A stretch of DNA of 64,000 nt, taken from positions 6,324,001-6,388,000 of the forward strand of contig OZ024751.1 in the NCBI GenBank assembly GCA_964016885.1. The letters run 5' to 3'. This DNA comes from Eledone cirrhosa (Eukaryota). Position 1 is the first letter of the stretch, and each line of letters starts with the position of its first letter. Positions 28,971-44,255 of this stretch are shown here, piece after piece. Below the pieces are notes generated by a model that was given only the letters and a program-made list of their open reading frames with translations, was not told the origin of the DNA and ran no database searches. The translations under genes were made by a program, and so were the position numbers.

Positions 28971-31272
28971 CATACTTATACATATGTACTCACATACATA
29001 CATATACGCAACAAAAAAATTATTATATAAAAATAAAAACATTTTTGGGTATGTGAAGCGTAAGGCAAAAAAAGAAAGGGGAAATAAATTTCCAAGGAAA
29101 AGGTTTAAATATAAGGGGAGATAAGGGAGAAAGAGAATACTAGAGTACAGAACGTGGATTCAGCAGGTAAAAAAACCGTAGTGGAAGTAAAGAGCAGGAA
29201 AGGAGTTCAAGGTGGTTGAGTTATCATAGGAATGTCAATCCAGTTACAGATCAGATGTGATTTCAGATGAGGACAACATCTGAAGGTCTCGGTCTTTGAG
29301 TTCAGGCAAGCAGAAGTGGCTTTCAAGTTTAGCAAATTCCTATATTTTTCTATGGTACACAAAGAAGAATTCTTTGTGCCCCTTTGGTACTCCCTCGAAT
29401 GGTCTAAAATAGACCAATCGATAGAGTACGGGATGTTTTTATCCTTGAATTCCCACACCTTACTTGCGAGGGCCGTTGTTGTTCGTTTATCGGAGTGCTT
29501 AAAAGAAGCGACATGTGCATAAAACCTGGTTTTAAACCTGTCCTGGGTCATGCCAACATATCGCTCACCCCTGGCTGGCTGGTTGTTAATTAAAGGTGTC
29601 ACTTTAACCTCATAAACAACATATTTGGTGTGACATTTACCCTGCAATTGGCATTCATCGGGCTTCCTGCAACTGCATCCTAGATTTGTTCTCGTATGAT
29701 TTGAATTAGTGATCTTGGACTTCATTGATGGGCAACAAGAGTAAGTGATCTTAACTACATTTCTATTAAATATCTTATAATATCTATGATTAGGAGGAAA
29801 ATGTTTATCTAAGAGTTCAAGGAATTTCCTTCCTACATTAGTTTTGACAGTTAGAGATAAGGGGGGTGTAAACCAAATAGTTTTCCTTTTCCTATTATTG
29901 TGGTTAGTTTTAGGGGGGGGGGGAATAGGTAAATAATAAATTTGTTCTGTAAAACTGCTGTTTTTAAGGGCTTTATTATAATAAGGGGCGGCTTTATTAA
30001 AAATATCTATAGACGAAGATAGGGTAGAAATCCTACGGCTAATGTTGGGAATAAGATTTTTTTAAACTATAGGGGGATGGCAAGCCTCTTTGTGTATATA
30101 CCTAAGATTTTCATTAGGTTTATGATAAGGTTTAAAAGAGGCGGCAAGTAGATCAAGATTAATGTCAAGAAAGTTAGCATTAGTAAGGTTCGTATCTATA
30201 GTAATTTTAAGGTTAAGATTAGCAAAAGTATTGATTAAATCTTCACGGAATTATCAAGGTTATGGCCGTTGGTGGTATGAGAAACTGCCAATCCGTCATC
30301 ATGGTATAAACCGATATTATGGGAAGGAAATTTATCTTTGAGGGTGTGGAGAAGGAATAAACCTACTAAGTCACACACATCCGCACTGTCATATGAACCC
30401 ATTGCAACATAAAAAGAGTTTTCAGGGTTTGACTTTTTAACCCAAATATTTTCATTAGTAAAGAGTAAAGTTTTTCTAGCATGAAAGATAATGTCTTCTT
30501 CTAATTTAGAAATATTAATCAAGGGTCTTGCAAACTCTAAGGCATTAGTTAATAAGGAAACAGTAATAGAGGGGTAAAAATCAACAATATCAAATAGGGT
30601 AAATCTTCACTTATTTTTACCTTGTATATTATTTAACCAAGAAATAACAGAGGAAGTATTTAGCCACTGTGATAGGTCGGTCTTAGTTCTAATTTGGAGA
30701 ATTATTTTTCTTAAGATTGTTTTACTTGCAAGGCCAACTTCGGATTTAGCCGGGTTAATCAGTCAACAACTAGGTCGATTAGTAAAGTCTAATTTATGGT
30801 CTTTAAGGGTAATATATCTTTATTCTTAGCTAGGCTTTCAATCCGGTTGTCTATTTTTAAAGAACTAGCCAGTTCTTTTGCTTCTTTATTAATATTATTG
30901 TAGGTATATTCTTTATAATAGTATTGTATTGATCTTTTACTCCAGGAACTTGTTGAGTGCTCTAAATCTGCTATAAACATTTATACCGTTTTCTAAATAT
31001 ATATTTTTTAATTTATTATTTGTCGTGTTCCCAACTTTTTATTTTCATTTTTATTTTTATTTTTATTTTTATTTTTATTTTTATATATACAATATTTATA
31101 TTTTAGATATATATATATTAATTATGTTCTTTCTCATATATATATATATATATATTGAGTTACATATGTATATGTGTGTGTGTGCGTATGTACGTATGCA
31201 TACGTATGTGTATGTATATATGTGTGTAGGTATATATGTGTATGTGAGTATGTATGTATGTGTATACATGTG

Positions 31273-31377
<105 letters not shown>

Positions 31378-31591
31378 TATATATTTCTATCTGTGGAAGG
31401 TCATACTATTATAATATTGCCAGAAATAATAATAAAACACACTCACATGTTTTAGAGTTAAATAAGGTTCATATGAATTATCTAAGAATGACTTTTACAC
31501 ACATATATATGAGTGTATTTGAATTTGTATGTACGTGTTTGTGATATGTATGTATATGTATGTGTATATTTGTATGGTTATGTATGTATGT

Positions 31592-31627
<36 letters not shown>

Positions 31628-31851
31628 ATATACGTGTATATGTGTGTGTGTGTATGTATTTGTGTATGTATATATATATCTATATAGAGAGAGAGTTATA
31701 TATGTGTATGGATATAATTGTGTGTGTGTGTGTGTGTTTGCATGTGTGTTTTTATTTTATTTTTTCTTTCCTTCTTCTTATTCCAGCCTAACTTTCATAT
31801 AGATTGCATTTTTGTTTTTAACATACAACGTCAATAAATACGCCAGGATTT

Positions 31852-31912
31852 TTTCATTCTGATGATTGAAAGCAAAATTTGTTTGGTTTTAAGAAACCAC
31901 TGGTAAATGAAA
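31852..31912 (+). ncRNA. Type I hammerhead ribozyme, intact core
   Basis: tttcatt-CTGATGA-ttgaaa...ttttaa-GAAA-ccactgg-TA-aatgaaa; 7-bp stem I. Confidence 0.82.
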
Positions 31913-31950
31913 TAATTGTGTTCTGTTGTTTATTACATAACTATATATAT

Positions 31951-31993
<43 letters not shown>

Positions 31994-32002
31994 TACACAT
32001 TC

Positions 32003-32033
<31 letters not shown>

Positions 32034-32065
32034 TATATATATATATATATATACATATATACACA

Positions 32066-32120
<55 letters not shown>

Positions 32121-32143
32121 GTATGTATTGCTTATATGCACAC

Positions 32144-32271
<128 letters not shown>

Positions 32272-32528
32272 GCATATATATATATTTATATATATATATA
32301 TATAAATATATATATATATTTTGTTTCTGAAATTGTTTAGCAAGATTCTTTCTCTGAAAACGTGTGTTGAAACCGATATTATTATACTTTGGGAGGGTCA
32401 TGTTGCCAATAAGAAACACACGCACCAATTGTTTCACTTCAATTTATCATAATAAATTGATAAATTTAGGAATTTATAAATTTCCGGTTGGCTGATTGGT
32501 TCCATAATCGGATGGTTGTTTATATATT

Positions 32529-32571
32529 GTCATAGTTCTTTCGTCACACATTTTGTGACCCCTTCAGTGAC
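32529..32571 (-). ncRNA. Minimal type I hammerhead (A9>G variant)
   Basis: Reverse complement reads gtca-CTGAAGG-ggtcaca..tgtgac-GAAA-gaac-TA-tgac. Confidence 0.65.
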
Positions 32572-34622
32572 TGGGGATTCTTTTCTTTGTTTTTGTGCCT
32601 CTCCTTTGTTCTGTCCTACGCCATTTTGTTTCTGTGTGTGTGTTGTGTGCTCAGTCTGCGCATGCGCCACATCCGGGTGTCTGTGTGTGTTTATATTTGT
32701 TTATTTATTTGTTTATTTACATGTTACCGGTTGGTTCTTTGTTCTATGTGTGTGTGTGTTTTCATTTTGTCCTTAATTGTAAGTTGTGATGTTGCTGTTC
32801 CACTCATATTTTCTATTTAATTTTGGTTGTAATTCTTTTATATTTATTGCCTCTGTGATTTGTCTAAACATTGCGTCTTTTCTGTGTGTAGATTCTATTT
32901 TTATTTCTATGTTCTCTAATTTAGCCTTATGTTCTATTTTAGCATGTTGGTAGAGTACAGATGATTCTTTACTATCTTGAAGGTCTCGCCAGTGTTCATT
33001 TATCCGTTCCCCTACACTACGAGCTGTCTCACCTATGTAAACTATATTTTTGTCTCTACATTGTCCTTCAGTACATCTTATGCTATACACTACATTTCTA
33101 GTTTTACAGTTAATATGGGGGCTTAGTTTACAGGTTATACATTTCTTATCTATACAGGGAAAGGGTATGTCTTGCTAATGAGTGTTTTTACGGAGGTACC
33201 TGGTCTTTCTACTATCTTAATATTGAGTTTATGTTTATCTAGGGCCCTTCTAAATTTGTAAGCTAATTCACCTCTAGGGGTTGTATCGATGAACATTACA
33301 CTCTGGTATTTATTGCTATCATACCATGAGTTTATTCTATTAGCCTTATTCCTAGTTCTTTCTATTCTATTCCAAAATTTGCTCCTATACAAGGGGCAGG
33401 TCCCATTTGTGTCATTATTTACCATTTGGTTCTGGCTCCTCTATACACTCTGATTTTATCTCTCTGATTGTAACCAGAGAACTGCATACGGTGGATGAAG
33501 TGTTGTATGTGTCTCTCTAGTTCTTCGCGGTTGCACATGCGGGACACGTTTCTCATCACCCGTACCAAATCCGCAATCAGTATGTTGATTTTGGTAAGGT
33601 CCGAAACAGCTGAGTTTCGGTGGATCAGATATTTGGAAGTCATGGGTTTGGCATAATGGCAATGGAGGATTTGTTTTTTTGTTTTTAATGGTATCCTACC
33701 AGAGCTCTGTGTCTAGTACAGGTAATCGATGGTTGGGGTGTTTACTTGGGTAGTCTATAGTAACTCTAATACTCTGGTGGATGGAGTTCGCTACTTGCTG
33801 GATCCTTTCCATTGTGTTTTTCTCTAATTCCTGACTGTTCTCTAGTGAGGGTGTTTTAACTACGATGTTTATATCATCAACGTAGCGGTAGTACATTATC
33901 AGGATTAAGGGGTCTTCTAATTGTTCTTTAAGTTTAAGTTTAAATTTACTGTCCCACCATACCATGAATAAGTTAGCCATGTCGCCTGCAATGCTAACAC
34001 CAATGGCTGCTCCTTCCTCTTGGGCATATGTTTTTCATTTTAAATTTGAATTATGTTCCTTAAGGGTTAATTTTATGCTGGCTCCCACCGCATGTGCAAT
34101 CATTTTCTTCAGTTCATCGTGGTTTTCAGGTGTCCGTATGGCTCCATCTAGTGTACATAGGAGAGACAGCTGGTAGTGTAGGGGAACGGATAAATGAACA
34201 CTGGCGAGACCTTCAAGATAGTAAAGAATCATCTGTACTCTACCAACATGCTAAAATAGAACATAAGGGTAAATTAGAGAACATAGAAATAAAAATAGAA
34301 TCTACACACAGAAAAGACGCAATGTTTAGACAAATCACAGAGGCAATAAACATAAAAGAATTACAACCAAAATTAAATAGAAAATATGAGTCGAACAGCA
34401 ACATCACAACTTACAATTAAGGACAAAATGAAAACACACACGCACATAGAACAAACAACCAACCTGTAACATGTAAATAAACAAATAAATAAACGAATAA
34501 TTAACACACACAGACGCCCGGATGTGGCGCATACGCACACTGAGCACACAACACACACACAGAAACAAAATGGCGTAGGACAGAACAAAGGAGAGGCACA
34601 AAAACAGAGAAAAGAATCCCCA

Positions 34623-34665
34623 GTCACTGAAGAGATCACAGAATGTGTGACGAAAGAATTTTGAC
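34623..34665 (+). ncRNA. Minimal type I hammerhead
   Basis: gtca-CTGAAGA-gatcaca..tgtgac-GAAA-gaat-TT-tgac. Confidence 0.7.
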
Positions 34666-37600
34666 AATATATAAACAACCATCTGATTATGGAACCAACC
34701 AGCCAACCGGAAATTTATAAATTCCTAAATTTATAAATTTATTATAATAAATTTAAGTGAAGCAACTGGTGCGTGTGTTTCTTTTTGGCAACATGACCCT
34801 CCCAAAGTATAACAATATCGGTTTCAACACACGTTTTCAGATAAAGAATCTTGCTAAACAAATTCAGAAACGAAATAGCGTAAGCCTTAGCCAGGCTAAC
34901 AAGATACTGAAAACCGCCATGTTCTGTTGTCTACGAAAAACAATAACATCTCGATACACTTCATAAAAGAATGTGCCTTGTCCCGAGTTTACACCAACAC
35001 CATCAACACCGAAGTAAGAAGATTACAACTCACCAAAAAGGAAGCAGATAGGCTAAAACGAACACTAATTCTGAACATAAAAAAGAAGATCTATAGAGAA
35101 TTAAGTCATCAAGAAAAATATAAGCGTAACCTAATACAAGAAATAACTAAGATTACCACCCAAAGAGAAAAACTAATATTTATAAGCCTTATACGTCCTG
35201 AAGAACAGTACATTGCTCAAGAATGTGATAAGCACTTTAACAAGAAACTAAAGTGGCTTAAGCAGATAAAACTAAATCAGGATACTGTAGAGAATACCAA
35301 TAGATATCCCGACAAAATTGACGGTATAAATATGGCCGACATCTCATTAACAGATGAGTTCAACAACAACAACACAAATATATACGGCAACACTGCAGTA
35401 GATCCTGATGAATTATCTGTATTACATCTACCACCGAAATATGCGACATTCAAGAAGGTAAATATGATTAGTTGTTTGTCAGAAATAGAAAAATCATTTA
35501 CAAAATTACGTTGGAGCCTCAAAAACAAAAACAAAAGTAACAACATACGCACACACACACACATATACAAGACACATCCCAACAACATGAGACACACAGA
35601 CACAAACAACAATAACAACAACACACACATCAACAATAATAACATACTCAGAAACGACAACAACAGACACGCAGAAACAAACAACGATAACAACACACAC
35701 AACAACAATAACACACACGGAGACAACAACAACAACACACATCAACAACAGCACACATCAACAACAACAACACACACACATTCAATGCCTCTCACCACCA
35801 CCACAATCTTAACAAACACACAGATACAGAAAACAAGTAATGAGCGTAGCACAGAAATAAGGGAAGGTAATAGGATTAAAAGGACAAAGAAAATAACCAA
35901 GACGAACACACAGACACACAAAATAGAGTAGATAATAACAATGAGCCAGTGGAAAGAGACAGGAGTAATAATGAGAGACATAGAAACAACCATGAGGCTG
36001 TTGGTGGAAATAGAAATAGAAACAACACAACTAAAAATAACAATAGCACTAGTACACATAAAGCAGCAACCTGGAACTCTACTTTTTATAATCCCTCCGA
36101 TAAGTCGTTCGACCTGCGACGAGTCCACGCCACGACTTTACCATTTAACAAACGCACGCAATTGCCGTCGCGGGTCGATGAACAAACAGAAGCACAATTT
36201 AGTATATCTAGATCCGAACTTAGAAATATTATAGAACAGTATAGCAAGAAGCATAATATAATGGAGGCCCAGCAACTGAGAGAAAGGTCTGCAAATGGCT
36301 TGCGTAAGCTCATGCAGCGCTGGCGTAATGGAGAGATAGCATGCTTTCCAACAGACAAGTCGGGCAGAATGTCGGTTGACAGCCTGCCAAACTACATCCA
36401 GGCAATGCATCCCCACATCACCAACACAAGAGAAGTAACACCACAGGAGCATGAGGATAGTGAAAAAGCCCTCAATGCCCATATGGTGATGTGGACGAAT
36501 ATAATGCAGCCCAACTAGAGGACTGCCAACAACTTCCAGGCCTGGAACAATGACGTGCCGGCGTTGTATGGGCTTCGAAAAGACCATAACCCGGGCAGTG
36601 ACCCTTTCACGGGACCACCAACACGGCCAGTCTGTGGGGCTAACATTGCTAGTAACTACAGACTGTCCTACTTCCTCTCCCTGATCATACGCCCCATCAT
36701 TGAAATGTCCCCAGATGTATGTGACAGCACGGAGGACCTCCTCAGCAGAATCGGCGAGAATAACCGATCTAGGGACCTAACAAACTGCATAATAGGTTGT
36801 ATGGATGTTGTGTCCCTGTATCCATCTATTGATGTGGATTTTGCTGTGGATAAATGCGTAGAAATGATCAGTGAGAGCAATGTTGAGTTCCGTGGGATTG
36901 ACACCGGTGAGCTGGGACTCCTACTTAAACTTACCTATAGTAATAATTACCTAGACACATATGACCTTAGCAACCTGTGCCCTACAAGACCAGCAAGAGG
37001 CAGACCACCTACCATTACCTCAATGGCCAAGAAAACCCACACAAATAGATGGAACGGGTGGACCAGAGCCATACGGACACCCGAAAACCACGATGAACTG
37101 AAGCAAATGATTGCACATGCGGTGGGAGCCAGCATAAAATTAACCCTTAAGGAACATATGTTCGAATTTAATGGAAAAAACATATGCCCAAGAGGAAGGA
37201 GCAGCCATTGGTGTTAGCATTTCAGGCGACATAGCTAACTTATTCATGGTATGGTGGGACAGTAGACTTAAATATAAACTTAAAGAACAATTAGAAGACC
37301 CCTTAACCCTGATAATGTACTCCCGCTACGTTGATGATATAAACATCGTAGTTAAAACATCCCCACTAGAGAAAACAGTCAGGAATTAGAGAAAAACACA
37401 ATGGAAAGCATCCCGCAAATAGCTAACTCCATCCACCAGAGTATTAGAGTTACTATAGACTACCCAAGGAAACACCCCAACCATCGATTACCTGTGCTAG
37501 ACACAGAGCTCAGGTGAGATACCATTAATAACAAAAAACAAATCCTGCATTCCCATTATGCCTAACCCATGACTTCCAAATATCTGATCCACCGAAACTC

Positions 37601-38659
37601 AGCTGTTTCGGACCATACCAAAATCAACATACTGATTGCGGATTTGGTACGGGTGATGAGAAACGTGTCCCGCATGTGCAACCGCGAAGAACTAGAGAGA
37701 CACATACAACACTTCATCCACTGTATGCAGTTCTCTGGTTACAATCAGAGAGATAAAATCAGAGTGTATTGAGGAGCCAGAACCAAATGGGAAAAAATGG
37801 TAAATAATGACACAAATGGGACCTGCCCCTTGTATAGGAGCAAATTTTGGAATAGAATAGAAAGAACTAGGAATAAGGCTAATAAAATAAACTCATGGTA
37901 TGATAGCAATAAATACCAGAGTGTAATGTTCATCGATACAACCCCTAGAGGTGAATTAGCTTAAACATTTAGAAGGGCCTTAGACAAACATAAACTCAAT
38001 ATTAAGATAGTATAAAGACCAGGTACCTCCGTAAAAACACTTATTAGCAAGACATACCCTTTTCAAAGAACACCTGTACAGATAAGAAATGGATAACCTG
38101 TAAATTAAGCCCCCATATTAACTGTAAAACTAGAAATGTAGTATATAGCATAAGATGTACTGAAGGACAATGTAGAGACAAAAATATAGTGTAGATAGGT
38201 GAGACAGCTTGTAGTGTAGGGGAACGGATAAATGAACACTGGCGAGACCTTCAAGATAGTAAAGAATCATCTGTACTCTACCAACATGCTAAAATAGAAC
38301 ATAAGGGTAAATTAGAGAACATAGAAATAAAAATAGAATCTACACACAGAAAAGACGCAATGTTTAAACAAATCACAGAGGCAATAAACATAAAAGAATT
38401 ACAACCAAAATTAAATAGAAAATATGAGTGGAACAGCAACATCACAACTTACAATTAAGGACAAAATGAAAACACACACGCACATAGAAAAAACAACCAA
38501 CATGTAACATGTAAATAAACAAATAAATAAACGAATATAAACACACACAGACACCCGGATGTGGCGCATGCGCAGACTGAGCACACAACACACACACAGA
38601 AACAAAATGGCGTAGGACAGAACAAAGGAGTGGCACAAAAACAAAGAAAAGGATCCCTA

Positions 38660-38702
38660 GTCACTGAGGAGGTCACATAATGTGTGACGAAAGAACTTTG
38701 AC
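38660..38702 (+). ncRNA. Minimal type I hammerhead
   Basis: gtca-CTGAGGA-ggtcacataatgtgtgac-GAAA-gaac-TT-tgac. Confidence 0.75.
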
Positions 38703-38871
38703 AATATATAAACAACCATCTGATTATGGAACCAACCAGCCAACCGGAAATTTATAAATTCCTAAATTTATAAATTTATTATAATAAATTGAAGTGAAAG
38801 CAACTGGTGCGTGTGTTTCTTATTGGCAACATGACCCTCCCAAATTATAACAATATATATATATATATATA

Positions 38872-38941
<70 letters not shown>

Positions 38942-38997
38942 TATATATATATATATGGAAGAAGTTATAGTTTACTTGAAGCATTGTGTAATGAGGT

Positions 38998-39325
38998 ATA
39001 AACGTTTGAATTTGTAAAGCCAATCAATGCAGGTATGGACATAGAGTAAAATGCAAATGCAAAAGATATTGTTGACAATTAGTCTTTTAATTTTGATTTA
39101 TTTAAATGTCCTTAATTTTCGAGATAACAACTCTTCTTCGGACTTGACTTGGCAAGCTATTTAGAACACTGGTTTAACCGCTTTACTTCCCTCCTAAGAA
39201 GTGATATTATCTCGAAAATTAAGGACATTTAAATAAATCTAAGGTGTCAACAATATCTTTGCGCATTTGCATTTTTATTCTATGTCCATACCTGCATTGT
39301 TTGGCTTTACAAATTCAAACGTTTA
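38998..39325. repeat. Inverted repeat (~140-bp arms), probable solo pLTR fold-back
   Basis: aaacgtttgaatttgtaaagcc...ttttcgagataa vs ttatctcgaaaatt...ggctttacaaattcaaacgttt. Confidence 0.8.
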
Positions 39326-39483
39326 TATATATATATATATTTATATATATATGCATATATATATATATTAATAAGAGGAATTCCAACACTGTCTGATTTA
39401 CTCGTTTTATTTACAATCCTTTAAAATTTATAATGGTATTATAATAAAATAGTAAGATAGAATATTAAATTCTAAGTGTTAAT

Positions 39484-39522
39484 TGAACAAGTACTTTCAT
39501 GCTTTCGCAATCTTCAGGTTCA
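39484..39522 (-). ncRNA. Minimal type I hammerhead, intact core
   Basis: Reverse complement reads tgaac-CTGAAGA-ttgcgaaagcat-GAAA-gtac-TT-gttca. Confidence 0.82.
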
Positions 39523-39842
39523 TAATATGTGGTGACAGTCAAGTTTGCAATTTTCAACTGTAATAAGATGGGTAAATTTCCTACCTTTTATACATATTAT
39601 ACAGGGAAAAGTGGCTCCAGAATGCTAAGCCCTGCAAACTGTATTTCGACCAATCAGTGTGTAGTTTCACTGAATTACTAAAGCTGATTGGTTTAAGCGT
39701 CACGGCTGGTTGTGCATGACTAACGACCAATAATTAATCATATCCAAAGCATCAATTGTTTTGCTATTTTTAGAAATTATGAAAATAGCATTTTCTATTA
39801 ATCATCACCATCAACATCACTTTTATTATTATTATTATTATT

Positions 39843-39881
<39 letters not shown>

Positions 39882-42800
39882 AGTGGTCGTAGTCATAGTG
39901 GTAGTAGAAGTAATACCCCTAAGCATTATTATTGTTCATTTAGCTTGGGTTTGAATTTATCAATAAAATTCTTTTCTTTGATTTTTCTCTTGATTTCATT
40001 TGGGCTGTGTAATTTGTAGAATGGGAATATTATAAATATTCCCTGACCACATGTTGCTAGATGGTTACTTAGGGGTATCTGACGGACATTTGGGTCTCTG
40101 ATTTGTTGACGGTGTACCCGTGCACGTTCCGATAGTGCATTTCCAGTTTGACCGACATATAGTTCTTCACAATTCGGGCATTTAATGAAGTAAATTAGAT
40201 TTCTGCTCTTGCAGTTCATATTTGCATTTGGGAATATTTTTCCAGTTTTTGTTTTCATATATTGACCGGCGTGTATGGATTGACATGTGCAGCAAGGACT
40301 ATCATTGCATTTAGATACAGTGAATGATTGGTCTTTGTTGTTAAGGTCAAACTTTGCTTTTGTTAGTAATTGCTTCAAATTTTTTGGCTGTCTTTTAATA
40401 AGAGTCAAAGATCGATCAGTGATTAAGCCTTTTAATTCATTACTTTGAGCAATGATCGGTAGGTTTGCTTTGGCAGTGTTGAAGATATTCTGGTGACATG
40501 GGTTGTGTGTCATTATAAATGGTATGACCAGTTCTTGGTTTCTTCTTCCTTGGGTTGTCCTAAGTTGTTGTATAGGTATTTTTATTTGTATAGGTATTTC
40601 TATAAGTAGAGATGTGTATTTTTGTTTGAGCAAACATTCTCTTAGTTTTGTTAGGCGTTTGTACCTGGTATTCGTATCTTCTACAATGGTACAAATTCTT
40701 CTGGCTAGGCAGTATGGGATGTTGCGTTTTGTATGAGGTGGATGGCACGACTTAAAATTCAGATATTGATGGGTGTCTGTGTGTTTATAATATATATCCG
40801 TGGTAATGATGGTGTCGTTTTTGATTATCATTATATCTAGGAATGGTAATTTGGTCCTACTCATCTCTTTTGTGAATTAGAGAGATGGGTGTAGGTTATT
40901 CAGGAGGATATTGAACTCATCCAGAGTATCGAGAGATTCTGTCCAGATGATGAAACAGTCGTCAAGTTATCTCTTCCAAGATTTTTCAATGTACTTTCTA
41001 AAGTCAGTACTATATTTTTCCTCTATTTCTTGGTAGAATTGTATCCCATTACAGAGTTCACGTAAACGGGAACAAACTTCGTTCCCATCGCTGTGCCTCT
41101 AATGTGGATGTAATTCTTTCCATTGAAGAAGAAACTGTTGTTTTCCGGAATAAGTTTAACTGCGTCTAATACAAATGGCGCTGTGAATCTGATGGGAATC
41201 ACTTCTCTATGTTTTTCCACCCAGTATTTAATCGCCTTTATTCCTAAATCATGTGTAATGTTGGTGTAAAGGCTTACCACATCAAAACTGAGTAGAAGTG
41301 AATTCGTTTCCGTGGTTTTGGGAAGATGGGACAGGAAGTCGATATCATCCCGGATGAAACTGGGTATGTGAATACATAGTGGTTTCAAAATAATGTCAAC
41401 AAAATTGCTTAGACGGTGGGTGGGGCATGTTGGACCAGCTATAATAGGTCTAAGTTTTAAGTCTTTTGGGTGTAATAATTTAATGTACTCACTGTTTTGT
41501 TCTCTTACTGCCAGTTGTATTTCTTTTGACTTATGAACTTTCGGTAGGCCATACAGGTTGCTGGGTTTCGGCTCAAAATTGGTGATGTATTCTCTTTCCT
41601 TATCAGTAAGTGAGTTGTGGTATTTTGAAGCCAGGTTGTTGATCTTCTTCGTGATGTTGTAGTCTATATTTGACGGTATTTCATGATAGAATGTTGTGTC
41701 TTTCAGTTGTTCCTCAACCAAATCCTTGTAGTATTCCGTATCCATTATAACAACTGCACCCCCTTTATCTGCTTGTTTAATTATTATTGTTTTATCATTT
41801 TTTATACGTTTAAATGCAGACATTTCTGATTTGTTAATGTTTGGCCTAACATTAGTATTATGTCTAAGAGGAAATTTAGACAGGATGTCAATGTATTGGT
41901 CGAGATAGATATTTCTTCCTTTTGGCGGAGTCAAATTTGATTTATTCTTTACTAGTGATTCATCACTCTCATTACTTTTATCAGTGAAGAAATCTACAAG
42001 ACGTAATTTTCGACAGAATTCTTGGGTATCCTCCTTCAGTTCTTGGTGGTTGTCTGTTGGAGTCGGTGTGAATTTCAGTCCTTTTGACAGAATTTGCATT
42101 TCATCATTGTCAAGATCTCTTTTAGATAAATTAATTATTTTAGGATCTACGTGTACAGTTGTTTTGGATATGTTTCCTCCTGGAGTTTTTCTTTTTCCGG
42201 TTTTTGTTGTCCTGACGTTAAAAAATAGATTTTTCTCTGTTCAGGATTTATATTCCTGTTGGTGTTCGCTTGATGAACTTTTGGTCGTGATATTATATTT
42301 GGTTTCGTTATGTATTTTGTCCTATTTTTGGTATTCTGTATATTATTTTTCTTCCTGTTAGCATTATTTTTAACAATCTGGGGAAATGACCTAGGTTTGC
42401 TTTCAGGTTTAGATCGTTTTTTCGTCCAGTTTCTTGTGGGCAATCTCTGTTGAGATCTTGAGAGTGATCTGGTTATTCTACGTTTTGTTTCCACATTCAT
42501 TGTTGGTAGTTTCTGTTGAGATCTTGAGAATGATCTCCTGGTTTTACTACTTCTCATGGTCTGGTCAAAGGAATATCTATCGTGTTTGTGCTTTTTGTTC
42601 ATGTTGTGTGCGATAGGGTGTTTTTGTAGAAAAAGCGAAGAGTTATTACCATAGTTCTTCTTTGATTCAAGGTAAGGTGAGTGTTTGTGTTGGCACGTGT
42701 TCTGGCGTATGTTGTATTGATGAGATTGTCCACTTTTAATGCTTTTTCTCAGGGTTCCAGAGTCTTTACCGTAATTTGCAGCATATTCGTCGAGAAATAA

Positions 42801-44255
42801 TTGTTTCTGCTGCCATACCTTTCTTGATTTGTTTTCTTCTTTTGAGATATCTCTGATCCATAGTTCGCGTAGTTTTTCAACTATAATACCAGTCGTTAGC
42901 TTTGAAATTTCAACTTCAATTTGGTCATCAATAGCCTCATATTTGGCTTCGATGCGGGATTGTTTACATTCAGAAATGGAGATGTCGGTCCTGAATTTTG
43001 TCAATGTAAGTTCCCATCGGAGTTTTCTTTCTTCTTCTGGTTCTCCTGCAATTTCTGTAATTAGGTATTTACGAGGGAGTCTGGGTGCCGTTAGAAAGAG
43101 CCATTTCGAATGTGTTTCGACATATTTTTCGCATTTGTATGCTTTCCATTTTGTATTCTTATGTTAAGGAATTTTTTATATGTCTTCGACATTTCTTTTC
43201 TTATTCGATGTGTTTTGTTTTCCAAATTTCTTTCGTTTATTTCTGACATCCAAGGGGAAGAAGAAACCAAGAACTGGTCATACCATTTATAATGACACAC
43301 AACCCATGTCACCAGAATATCTTCAACACTGCCAAAGCAAACCTACCGATCATTGCTCAAAGTAATGAATTAAAAGGCTTAATCACAGATCGATCTTTGA
43401 CTCTTAGTAAAAGACAGCCAAAAAATTTGAAGCAATTACTAACAAAGGTAAAGTTTCACCTTAACAACAAAGACCAATCATTCACTGTATCTAAATGCAA
43501 TGATAGTCGATGCGGCACATGTCAATCCATACACGCCGGTCAATATATGAAAACAAAAACTGGAAAAATATTCCCAAATGCAAATATGAACTGCAAGAGC
43601 AGAAATCTAATTTACTGCATTAAATGCCCGAATTGTGAAGAACTATATGTCGGTCAAACTGGAAATGCACTATCGGAACGTGCACGGGTACACCGTCAAC
43701 AAATCAGAGACCCAAATGTCCGTCAGATACCCCTAAGTAACCATCTAGCAACATGTGGTCAGGGAATATTTATAATATTCCCATTCTACAAATTACACAG
43801 CCCAAGTGAAATCAAGAGAAAAATCAAAGAAAAGAATTTTATTGATAAATTCAAACCCAAGCTAAATGAACAATAATAATGCTTAGGGGTATTACTTCTA
43901 CTACCACTATGACTACGACCACTAACAACAACAACAACAACAATAATAATAATAATAATAAAAGTGATGTTGATGGTGATGATTAATAGAAAATGCTATT
44001 TTCATCATTTCTAAAAATAGCAAAACTATTGATTCTTTGGATATGATTAATTATTGGTCGTTAGACATGCTCAACCAGTCGTGACGTGTAATTCAGTGTG
44101 TAATTCACTGAAACTACACACTGATTGGTCGAAATACAGTTTACAGGGCTTAGCATTCTGGAGCCACTTTTCCCTGTATAAAATGTATAAAAGGTAGGAA
44201 ATTTACCCATCTTATTACAGTTGAAAATTGCAAACTTGACTGTCACCACATATTA

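Larger units (their letters stand above)
32320..38855 (+). mobile_element. Near full-length Nematis-like Penelope element with partial tandem pLTR and inverted 5' partial copy
   Basis: Broken ORF ~34919-38437: LPPKYATF, PTDKSGR, LYGLRKDH, PTRPVC, MDVVSLYPS, GAAIG, RYVDD, RMQFSGY, GIY-YIG YIGETAR..ERINEH; 34150-34870 duplicates the 3' end; 32320-34140 is an inverted copy. Confidence 0.92.
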
